Positions 1 to 6,971 of a stretch of DNA of 32,000 nucleotides are shown here, piece after piece. Below the pieces are notes generated by a model, which searched no databases, was not told where the DNA came from, and saw only the letters and a program-made list of their open reading frames with translations. The DNA comes from Nitrososphaera viennensis EN76 (GTDB taxonomy: Archaea > Thermoproteota > Nitrososphaeria > Nitrososphaerales > Nitrososphaeraceae), in contig NZ_CP007536.1 of NCBI RefSeq assembly GCF_000698785.1, forward strand, positions 2,495,939-2,527,938. The letters run 5' to 3'. A program made the translations under genes and the position numbers. Each line of letters begins with the position of its first letter. Positions within the stretch are counted from its first letter, which is position 1.

Positions 1-3
1 TTT

Positions 4-1116
4 TTACTCCACGACGACTTCTCCCGTCATGTACGGGTGTATGGCGCAAAAGTACTGGTAGTTGCCGGGGTTGTTGATCGTGGCGCTGAAAACCTCGCCC
101 GGCGAAATCAGGCCAGACTTGAATACCATGTCAGGCTCGGCGATGCGCGGATCGCCTGACGTGACTATGTGGGACGTAGAGTCCCTGTTGGTCCAGGTGA
201 CGGTGTCGCCTGCCCCGACGATCAGAAAAGCGGGCTTGAATGCGGGGTTGCCGCGGATCGATGCGCCTGGCAGTATGTCGATTGTGGTCTGCCGTATGTC
301 GCTGACAGCTATCAAAGTCTCTGCCTCAAGCCCGACACTGTCAAACGCCCGGGCAGAGATAACACAGTCTCCTATTCTTTCGATTGTCATGACATAAGAC
401 CACTCTGACCAGTCGCCCGGCGCCTTTGGCGTCGCAAGCTGGTAATCAAAGATGATTGTGGCAGGAGTGGTCGCGTTTTTCAGGCTCACCTCGACCCTGC
501 CAATTCCGCTTGCGTCAAAAGCGGTTCCATTGACAAAAAACGTGGTCTCTGGCGCGGACTGCCGGAGAAAAACCGTCCCGTTGAGGGGCGCGGTGATCGC
601 AACCTCGGGTGGCGTGCTGTCGGCGGCCCCTGACTTTACTCTTAGCACGACAGAGTCGACGCTGGAATTTCCTGCGCGGTCGGTCGCCTGTGCTGTTATC
701 CTGTATTCGCCTTCATGGCGGACCTTAAAGTCGTATTCCCAGGAGGACCAGCCGTCCTGCCCAGGCTCTGCCGTCCTGAACGGCTTGACCACGCGACCCG
801 TCTTGCTGTCCTGCACCTGGACTTTGACCTTCTTTACGCCGCAGCCGTCGTCCCCGTCGTCATTGGCGACGCCAGCAACGTCTATGACTGCTGTTCTCTT
901 CAAAGCGCCTGCCAATACGTAGCCGTCCGCCGGCAGCGTGATGCTTACGCTCGGCGGCACGTTGTCGTCTCTGCAAGAATCATTATTGTTGTGCGAGCCG
1001 TGTTCTTGCGAATGGGCCCAAACAGGAGAAGACGAGGCAGAAGGCATTGCAAGAACAAAGAAGAAGAAGAAAAAGCTTGCAACAAGCAGCAGCATCAGGA
1101 GGGGCCTCCTTTGCAA
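4..1116 (-). CDS. Secreted multidomain blue-copper (cupredoxin) protein with two Ig-like beta domains
   Basis: 370-aa ORF with an N-terminal hydrophobic signal/anchor (MQRRPLLMLLLVASFFFFFFVLAMPSASS). Two beta-rich repeats of ~95 aa follow (...GWSSWEYDF...TDRAGN... and ...GDWSEWSYVM...FDSVG...). The C-terminal domain has type-1 copper ligands: TSHIV ... YFCAIHPYMTGEV, i.e. Cys-x2-His-x2-Met (amicyanin-like spacing). Confidence 0.8.
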   Translation of the reverse strand: MQRRPLLMLLLVASFFFFFFVLAMPSASSSPVWAHSQEHGSHNNNDSCRDDNVPPSVSITLPADGYVLAGALKRTAVIDVAGVANDDGDDGCGVKKVKVQVQDSKTGRVVKPFRTAEPGQDGWSSWEYDFKVRHEGEYRITAQATDRAGNSSVDSVVLRVKSGAADSTPPEVAITAPLNGTVFLRQSAPETTFFVNGTAFDASGIGRVEVSLKNATTPATIIFDYQLATPKAPGDWSEWSYVMTIERIGDCVISARAFDSVGLEAETLIAVSDIRQTTIDILPGASIRGNPAFKPAFLIVGAGDTVTWTNRDSTSHIVTSGDPRIAEPDMVFKSGLISPGEVFSATINNPGNYQYFCAIHPYMTGEVVVE

Positions 1117-1266
1117 ACACGGAGGTTCTGCCCCGGTCAGGATTTAAGGCCTGCCAAGGGCGGTTCTGTTAGTTTGTTACACCTGTGGAAAAACCGTTTC
1201 GCGTGTACGAAACTTATGTACGCTCTTTCTGTGAGCCTTAAGTATTCCCTGAACGAGAAATTGAAC

Positions 1267-2586
1267 ATGTCTCATCACCCATCCGAGCAAAACATGATAC
1301 CTTGCTGCCCTCCGCTTGAAACCAAGCCCGTGTGCGACGTCATGGACTTCCACTACCGCCTGCTGCACCAGCAGCAGTCGCGCGTGTCAGTCGAAGTCAT
1401 TGTGCATGCCCGCCTGCAAAGGTGCCCCGGCCCGCTTGCGCTGGGCGACCTGGTGTATTCGACCACGCTCTTTCCCGGCGAAAAGGTCAGGCTGTTTACG
1501 ACCGACAGGCGCACGCGCTTTACCTACGACAGCGCGTCAAAGGTGAGCTACAGGAATGAGCAGACGCAGGAGGAGCACTTTTACATGTCAAGCTGGTCTG
1601 ATTTCATGTCGGACCTTTCGATAAAGGACCACGCTCGCTCTACCAACACCAACAAGGGCCACTTTGACACGCACGGCGAGACGAGCGGCTTTTTGGAGAC
1701 GGTGTTCAGCGGCCCGTCCGTCGACGTCAGCGGCAACTACAACTCGGAATCCACGAGCGACTTTCTGCGCGAGCTTTCGCAGCACGCCCGCGCGTCGCAC
1801 CACCGCGCAGAGATGGGCGCCCGCGCGTCAAGCACCGTCTCGATAGGCGAGGTCTCGTCGCGCTCGCACGTGCAGACGGAATCGCAGGATCACTTTGAAT
1901 CGTCGTCGCGCGAGTTTTCAAACCCGAACAAGTGCCACGCAGTCACGTTCTACTTTTACCGCATCAACAAGATGCAGCACGTAAAATTCACGATAGAGTC
2001 TATTGAACGGCGCGTCATCGACCCCGCTGCAGACACGCGGGTCACGAACAACCCGTTTGCGTCGCGCGGATCAGTGTCTGCAATCCCCGCGGCCGTCCTT
2101 GCCACCGACAAGGAGCGCCTGAGCGCCGAGGCCATCGGGAGGGAGAGCTTTTTGCGCAACCAGAGCGCGGCGTCTGCAACAGCGACGGTGGGCACAATCC
2201 AGCCCGGCTTTCTCGTCACGGCAAGGGCCGCCAACCTGCTGCAGCAGCCGCTGACAGAGTCGATGCGCCGGGAGGCGCTTGAATCAGTGGACAAGCAATT
2301 GATAGCTGCGGGCCTGCTTGAAAGGGTCGGAAACGACGTCAGGATCTCGCCGGTTGCGCAAAAGAAATACTCGTTTGAGGCCACGTCTGCCCTGCCGACG
2401 CCCGGCATGCTGGTCAGGGGATGCGTGGACGACTGCAACATCTGCGAAAAGGAGCTCATGGAAGCGATGCAGCTTGACCTTGAGCGCAAAAAGCTGGAAA
2501 ATGAAAAGCTGAAGAAAGAGATAGAAATCCTGGAAAAGTCGCAGGAGTACCGCTGCTGCCCCGCGCCGATGCCAGAAGAAGAGTAG
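1267..2586 (+). CDS. Hypothetical protein (~440 aa) with Cys-Cys dyads near both termini and a C-terminal coiled coil
   Basis: This is the 3' part of the 715..2586 ORF. The first ~500 nt of that ORF lie antisense to the cupredoxin gene and are taken as shadow. In-frame ATGs occur at 1216 (MYALSV) and 1267 (MSHHPSEQ). No motif I can assign. The heptad-like stretch is LMEAMQLDLERKKLENEKLKKEIEILEKSQEY. Start choice is uncertain. Confidence 0.6.
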   Translation: MSHHPSEQNMIPCCPPLETKPVCDVMDFHYRLLHQQQSRVSVEVIVHARLQRCPGPLALGDLVYSTTLFPGEKVRLFTTDRRTRFTYDSASKVSYRNEQTQEEHFYMSSWSDFMSDLSIKDHARSTNTNKGHFDTHGETSGFLETVFSGPSVDVSGNYNSESTSDFLRELSQHARASHHRAEMGARASSTVSIGEVSSRSHVQTESQDHFESSSREFSNPNKCHAVTFYFYRINKMQHVKFTIESIERRVIDPAADTRVTNNPFASRGSVSAIPAAVLATDKERLSAEAIGRESFLRNQSAASATATVGTIQPGFLVTARAANLLQQPLTESMRREALESVDKQLIAAGLLERVGNDVRISPVAQKKYSFEATSALPTPGMLVRGCVDDCNICEKELMEAMQLDLERKKLENEKLKKEIEILEKSQEYRCCPAPMPEEE

Positions 2587-2587
2587 G

Positions 2588-2619
2588 ACGCACACACACG
2601 CGCACGCACGCACACGCAC
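2588..2619. repeat. Perfect 32-nt alternating purine-pyrimidine tract (RC)16
   Basis: Read directly: ACGCACACACACGCGCACGCACGCACACGCAC. Every second base is C and every other base is A or G. It starts 2 nt after the TAG stop at 2584..2586. Confidence 0.95.
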
Positions 2620-2642
2620 TCTTTTCTTTTTTATTTTTATTT
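2620..2642. terminator. T-rich tract between convergent genes (candidate archaeal oligo-T terminator)
   Basis: TCTTTTCTTTTTTATTTTTATTT lies directly after the + strand ORF and overlaps the stop of the - strand HNH gene. Archaeal termination commonly uses oligo-T runs. Function is not shown. Confidence 0.4.
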
Positions 2643-2957
2643 CTTGAAATCCACCGGGACCTTGTCAAGCGCCTTGCGCAGGCCGCCAAGGACTCCCTTT
2701 TTCTTGTTCTCGCGCTCCTCGACTGCCTTGTAGCAGTTCGGGCACAGCGCGCGCAGGTTCTGCGGCCTGTTGTCCTTCTTGCTGCCGTTGATGTGCTCAA
2801 AGCGCGGCTCGACTGACGGGCTGAATTTTGTAGAGCATTTCTGGCAGCGGTTGCGCGCCCTTTCAAGGACGGTCTGCCTGATGGCCATCGTCAGAGTCCC
2901 GTACTTTTTGGGATCAAAGCTCGGGCCTGTACCGCCCGGCGGTCCGAAAAACGACAC
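2637..2957 (-). CDS. Small HNH-type endonuclease / zinc-ribbon protein
   Basis: RCQKC ... FEHINGSKKDNRPQNLRALCPNCY matches the HNH layout (CxxC, catalytic His, Asn, N-L, CxxC). The ORF starts at GTG 2957. An in-frame ATG at 2888 (MAIRQTV...) would give 83 aa and may be the true start. Confidence 0.7.
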   Translation of the reverse strand: MSFFGPPGGTGPSFDPKKYGTLTMAIRQTVLERARNRCQKCSTKFSPSVEPRFEHINGSKKDNRPQNLRALCPNCYKAVEERENKKKGVLGGLRKALDKVPVDFKK

Positions 2958-3074
2958 GCTCTATTTGTGCAGAGTCTCAAACTTAACTCTTGCGCTCCCT
3001 GGTTTTGCCGCCGTCTCCGTTTGGGTAAAAACTCACTCAATACACAAGGAACAACGACGTAATAGAAATCTGCC

Positions 3075-3362
3075 ATGAAAAAACTGCTGGCCTTTGCCGG
3101 CCTCGCGCTCTTGCTGGCGGCGATACCGCCTGCGCAATCTGGCGTCTCTAACTACGCTATCTATCTTGAGGGAAAGGCGCAGCACGAGCAAGAAGCGCTT
3201 GCGTGCGCAAACACGGTCTGCACAGGCTTTGGCGTGGACTATTTTGCAATAGGCCAGCACCTCGACCTGCCGATGCAGCATCTATTTTCCGGGTTGATGG
3301 TGGGCTCTGTGGGAGCAGTTTTCCTCGGGCTGAACTGGCGGGAATTGCTGGCCAGCGAGTAA
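3075..3362 (+). CDS. Small secreted or membrane-anchored hypothetical protein
   Basis: Classic signal peptide MKKLLAFAGLALLLAAIPPAQSG plus a C-terminal hydrophobic segment LFSGLMVGSVGAVFLGL. No recognisable family. Confidence 0.55.
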   Translation: MKKLLAFAGLALLLAAIPPAQSGVSNYAIYLEGKAQHEQEALACANTVCTGFGVDYFAIGQHLDLPMQHLFSGLMVGSVGAVFLGLNWRELLASE

Positions 3363-3365
3363 TAA

Positions 3366-3869
3366 TTACAGCAGGTTTGCGCCCCTTGCGACCGCGTAGA
3401 CGTGGTCCTTCAGGTCGCGCTCATAAAGCGCGCCCATCTTTTCGCGCAGCGCCAGCTTGGCGCTCTGCCTGTCCTCTTCCGCCGGCGACATCAGGGCGGC
3501 TGCAAAGATCTCTGGAAAGTTCTCCTTTATCCAGCCGTCCAGCACCAGGTAGCGGTTCTGGTTTATCCATATCACGCGGTCGGTCGCCTGGTCAACCTCC
3601 TGGTTGAACGGCGTAGTCTCGACGCGGTCGATGAGCATAAAGACGCAGTTGTTTGGGTCGGGATTGCTGAGCACCTGCCTAGATCGGTCGCCCGCCTTGC
3701 CTGCATTTGCCCTCTCAATGAGCCCTGACGGGCGGATGGCCGTCCCGACGACGTGGACGCGGCTCCCGTTTACTGCCTGTATCCTGCCGATTACTATCCT
3801 GCTGTACTGGCCGTCCTTTTGCGCGACAAAGACAAACTCGCCCGGCTTTATTCCACCCTTTCCAAACAT
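3366..3869 (-). CDS. Hypothetical protein (167 aa)
   Basis: ATG-initiated ORF. A TATA-like ATTATATAATTT (minus-strand reading of ~3893..3905) sits ~30 nt upstream. The sequence is non-repetitive and protein-like. No family assigned. Confidence 0.6.
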   Translation of the reverse strand: MFGKGGIKPGEFVFVAQKDGQYSRIVIGRIQAVNGSRVHVVGTAIRPSGLIERANAGKAGDRSRQVLSNPDPNNCVFMLIDRVETTPFNQEVDQATDRVIWINQNRYLVLDGWIKENFPEIFAAALMSPAEEDRQSAKLALREKMGALYERDLKDHVYAVARGANLL

Positions 3870-4224
3870 GTGCTTGCAAAAAATCAGCCTTGTAAATTAT
3901 ATAATACTTGCTGCCTCCTCCCGATCCTCCGTCACCCAGCCTCCATCTCTACGCAACCACTTTCTTCCAGGAGCGGCGGCCCCTTCAGCTCTCTATCTCC
4001 AGCGCGTGTGTAAACGAACCGCGGGACAAGCAGGCGACATCATGGCTATCCAGAACGTCACGTACGCCGCAAGGCGTTCGTGATATGGCTCTATCTCTGC
4101 CTGCTTATTTAAGTATATAATTATTGCCTCCTCACAGGAGGATACTTCAAAAAATAGAGGTTTATATCAGCAACAATACTCTATTCTTAAATATCTGTTC
4201 AGAGTATATAAGAATTGATCTAGC

Positions 4225-4455
4225 ATGTCTGAACCAGCAGTACTCCACTGGGAAAGGGTCATGCACAAGAACGTACGCTCCAAGGACAGATTGGACGTGG
4301 GGACGATAATCGCGGAAGACGCGGACACCTTGACTATCTACAAGGGTTCCGGCAGAGAATACAAGGTACCCAAGACGCTCGTCGAGGGGTACAACGGCGC
4401 TGAAGTGTCCCTGGGTATTACATACAAGGAGCTCTTGGGTTACAAGATCCAGTGA
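4225..4455 (+). CDS. Small PRC-barrel-like hypothetical protein (76 aa)
   Basis: The pattern W..V..K.V.S.D...VG.I.......L.I.KG......Y.VPK.LV..Y.G..V.L resembles small archaeal PRC-barrel proteins (recalled from memory, not searched). TATATAAG lies ~15-20 nt upstream of the ATG. Confidence 0.5.
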   Translation: MSEPAVLHWERVMHKNVRSKDRLDVGTIIAEDADTLTIYKGSGREYKVPKTLVEGYNGAEVSLGITYKELLGYKIQ

Positions 4456-4615
4456 CCCCTCCCTATTTTTTGGAAAGCTCAAAGTTGGCCTGACCAGCGC
4501 GAGTTTTTTCACAAATCCAAAATTGCACGACAAAGTAATCATATTTTAGCATGGTAATCGGTGGAGAATTACATTTATTAACACAGGCGTCAAAGGTTAG
4601 GGAGGTAGAGAGAGT

Positions 4616-5089
4616 TTGCACAAGTTTGACGAGCTTGACATGAGGATTTTGTCCGAACTCACAAGGGACGCAAGCATATCGGTCCCGCGCCTTTCCAAAA
4701 AGCTGAACATAAACGCATCCGTACTGTACAGCAGGATAAAGCGCCTGTCCAAGCGCAGCCTTGTCAAGAAATTCACGGTCGTCGTAAACGAAAGCATGCT
4801 TGGCATAAACGTCAAGGCGACAGTCGGCATAAACCGTGACCCCAAGCTGAAAGAGCCTATCCACGGCGAATTGCTAAAGATCCCGGAGGTAAGGTCCGTG
4901 TCCGAGGTGACCGGCAGGTTCGACATGATAGTGACCGTGAGCGCGCACACGCTTGAAGAGCTGCACAACGTGGTCATCGAGCGCATCGGCAAGATAGAGG
5001 GCATACAGAATACCGAGACTTTTGTCGAGATGCAGCGCACCGAGAAGGAGCCACTCTATACAACGCAGTCTGCAGGAATATCCCGCTAG
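4616..5089 (+). CDS. Lrp/AsnC family transcriptional regulator
   Basis: N-terminal HTH LDELDMRILSELTRDASISVPRLSKKLNINASVLYSRIKRL plus a C-terminal RAM-like domain (...EVRSVSEVTGRFDMIVTVSAHTLEEL...). TTG start at 4616; alternative ATG at 4640. Confidence 0.9.
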   Translation: MHKFDELDMRILSELTRDASISVPRLSKKLNINASVLYSRIKRLSKRSLVKKFTVVVNESMLGINVKATVGINRDPKLKEPIHGELLKIPEVRSVSEVTGRFDMIVTVSAHTLEELHNVVIERIGKIEGIQNTETFVEMQRTEKEPLYTTQSAGISR

Positions 5090-5097
5090 CTGGCTAA

Positions 5098-5382
5098 CTA
5101 GGCCAGATCTGCAAGCTCTCTTGCCTTTTGCAGAACCTGCCTGCCCTTGTTTGTGGCAGTATAGTGGACAAAGTAGCGCTTGTTTGTCTTTAGGCTTATG
5201 GTCGTTATCAGGCCAGCGTCTTCAAGGTCCTTGAGCCGCTGGGACCTGGTCCTCTCGTTTGGGCTGTTGCTTTCAAGGTCGGTAAACCGCATCGGCTTTT
5301 TGCTCACCGCTTCGAGCATGTCCAGCGCATACGTCTGGGCAAGCATGTATATCAGCTCCCACTTGGCCGAATGCGCCATCAT
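5098..5382 (-). CDS. Winged-helix transcriptional regulator (HxlR/ArsR-like), 94 aa
   Basis: Trimmed from ORF 5098..5562 to the MM start at 5382, which lies just downstream of an AT-rich promoter region. KPMRFTDLE...RSQRLKDLEDAGLITT...YFVHYTATNKGRQVL fits a wHTH recognition helix plus wing. Confidence 0.7.
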   Translation of the reverse strand: MMAHSAKWELIYMLAQTYALDMLEAVSKKPMRFTDLESNSPNERTRSQRLKDLEDAGLITTISLKTNKRYFVHYTATNKGRQVLQKARELADLA

Positions 5383-5399
5383 GTAGATGCACCGCCCTT

Positions 5400-5460
5400 G
5401 TAATAAAATGAATTTTCGATAGCTATCTATAGCAAACTTTAATATAATAAAGTTATAATC
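5400..5460. promoter_or_regulatory. AT-rich divergent promoter region containing the 10-nt palindrome GATAGCTATC
   Basis: TAATAAAATGAATTTTCGATAGCTATCTATAGCAAACTTTAATATAATAAAGTTATAATC. It carries several TATA-like elements and lies between the wHTH regulator (-) and a small + strand ORF. Confidence 0.45.
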
Positions 5461-5534
5461 TGCCAAAGGGTACAAGTGCGCAAAAGCGTCGCTGCATTGG
5501 TTCAGAATGAAAAAATTGGAAGGAAAAGAGAAAA

Positions 5535-5714
5535 ATGACAGAATTCTCTGATTCGAGCTCACACTGGCCGAAAATATCGCACTCTGTACCGTGCGACCTG
5601 TGCGACGCGCTCAAGGCAGAGGCAGAAAAGGCAAAGGCCGCCGGCGAAGCCGACCGGGCGCTGCTCATCCTGTTTGTTCTGCGCGAGCACAAAAAGGCGT
5701 GCCACCGGCCTTAA
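5535..5714 (+). CDS. Possible small protein (59 aa), unsupported beyond ORF structure
   Basis: ATG at 5535 is preceded by purine-rich GGAAGGAAAAGAGAAAA. My own translation is MTEFSDSSSHWPKISHSVPCDLCDALKAEAEKAKAAGEADRALLILFVLREHKKACHRP, with a stop at 5712..5714. It falls below the track's apparent ~60-aa size cutoff. No family. Confidence 0.3.
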   Translation: MTEFSDSSSHWPKISHSVPCDLCDALKAEAEKAKAAGEADRALLILFVLREHKKACHRP

Positions 5715-5763
5715 ACCGATGTTTTATATAGCGCATAGAGCCCATGCATGCAAGAACACAAAG

Positions 5764-5955
5764 ATGTCTTTAGTCGAGCGCAAGATAGGGGAGATAATCC
5801 AGACCCTCCGGCTGGCCAAGAAGACCAGCAGGGACGATTATACCCAGCACCTGCGCCTGGTGGGCCTTGGCCTCGGGGCAGTGGGAGGCATCGCATTTAT
5901 CATAAAGCTGGTCGCCGAGTTTATCACGCTTGGCCTCGGCGGGCGCGCCAGCTGA
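5764..5955 (+). CDS. secE: Protein translocase subunit SecE / Sec61-gamma
   Basis: Trimmed to ATG 5764. MSLVERKIGEIIQTLRLAKKTSRDDYTQHLRLVGLGLGAVGGIAFIIKLVAEFI matches the archaeal SecE layout: an amphipathic helix, the K(K/P)T..(D/E)Y motif, then a single Gly-rich TM. TTTTATATA lies ~38 nt upstream. Confidence 0.7.
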   Translation: MSLVERKIGEIIQTLRLAKKTSRDDYTQHLRLVGLGLGAVGGIAFIIKLVAEFITLGLGGRAS

Positions 5956-5988
5956 TCGTTAAAATACCGTCTAGTCCAAGGAAGCGCC

Positions 5989-6333
5989 ATGGAAACCACA
6001 AGCAACAATGTCTTGCACGTCAACACAAAGACATGGGATTCTGAAGTAATCAAGTCCGAGCTCCCAGTTTTCGTCGACTTTTGGGCAGAGTGGTGCGGAC
6101 CGTGCAGGATGGTCGGCCCCGCGGTGGAGCAGATAGCCAAGGTGATGGCCGGCAAGGTCAAGGTCGCCAAACTGAACGTGGACGAAAACCAGGAGATAGC
6201 GATGAAGTACGGCGTCCAGTCTATTCCGTCGCTCATCATCTTCAAGGGCGGCAAGGAGATAGGCCGGACCATCGGCGCGATGCCAAAAGAGTCGTACATG
6301 AAGTTCATCGAAAGCACGCTTGCAAAGGCATGA
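5989..6333 (+). CDS. trxA: Thioredoxin
   Basis: VDFWAEWCGPCRMVGP active site (WCGPC). The length (114 aa) and the ...IPSLIIFKGG... segment are typical of thioredoxin. Confidence 0.95.
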   Translation: METTSNNVLHVNTKTWDSEVIKSELPVFVDFWAEWCGPCRMVGPAVEQIAKVMAGKVKVAKLNVDENQEIAMKYGVQSIPSLIIFKGGKEIGRTIGAMPKESYMKFIESTLAKA

Positions 6334-6354
6334 GCTCACCTTTTTCATTTTCTG

Positions 6355-6843
6355 TCAGGGCACGGTTATTCTGAATCTGTGCAGGGAATACGCCTGATTT
6401 TCATTGATAGAATCCCACCCTGCGATCACGCTGATGACATAATCGCCCGAAGGCCAGTCAACCGCGAGTTTTCCGTTTTCCTCAAAGTGAAGTGGCTGGT
6501 TTGAGTCTTCAAGCCGCTGATCGTCATATTTGAGCAGGTGGTAGCGCAAAGAGATCGCCCTGTTGTCTATACTAAAATCTGCCTCCGATCCGCGGGGTAT
6601 CTCGATAGGCGGCAGGGATAGAGTCCTCGCATAGATGGAAAACTCACATCCCCTTCCGCAGTAATAGTTGTCGTCTGCAAGATGTCTTTTCCCGTTAACA
6701 ATCATGTACATAATGGGAGAATCGGGAACTCCCCTGATCGCCGTCCATACATAGTTGCTCCACGGCCCAAGGAAAATGAAAATCGCCAAGCCTGCTGCGG
6801 TGGCAGCCGCGATGCCTGCAACCACCGGAAGCTTTCTGACCAT
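6355..6843 (-). CDS. Membrane-anchored hypothetical protein (162 aa)
   Basis: N-terminal TM VVAGIAAATAAGLAIFIFLG followed by a beta-rich soluble domain. No family assigned. Confidence 0.6.
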   Translation of the reverse strand: MVRKLPVVAGIAAATAAGLAIFIFLGPWSNYVWTAIRGVPDSPIMYMIVNGKRHLADDNYYCGRGCEFSIYARTLSLPPIEIPRGSEADFSIDNRAISLRYHLLKYDDQRLEDSNQPLHFEENGKLAVDWPSGDYVISVIAGWDSINENQAYSLHRFRITVP

Positions 6844-6971
6844 CGCAACAGCAGTTTACGGCAATCTGATTTTGAACTTTGTGTAATGGCATTCTTGTTT
6901 CCAACGAAAGCATTAATACCGCATAACCAGCGATAACAGAGAAGAGAGAAGCACGAGAGAGAGAGCATCAC

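Noticed and set aside
715-1215. 5' third of the 623-aa + strand ORF (715..2586).
   Set aside because: It lies entirely antisense to the well-supported cupredoxin gene. It reads as Arg/Val/Ala-rich shadow sequence, and good in-frame ATGs exist at 1216 and 1267, after the cupredoxin gene ends.
3910-4085. Possible box C/D sRNA on the minus strand in an unannotated gap: a C-box-like ATGATGT and CTGA about 48 nt apart.
   Set aside because: The C-box is imperfect, I found no internal D'/C' boxes, and there is no terminal stem. The evidence is insufficient without expression data.
4127-4141. Hairpin CCTCC-TCACA-GGAGG upstream of the PRC-barrel-like gene.
   Set aside because: The stem is only 5 bp and the position is not informative. 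It is probably chance.
5453-5692. 79-aa - strand ORF upstream of the wHTH regulator.
   Set aside because: It runs through the AT-rich promoter block. Its Ser/Ala-rich translation looks like shadow of the more plausible 59-aa + strand ORF.
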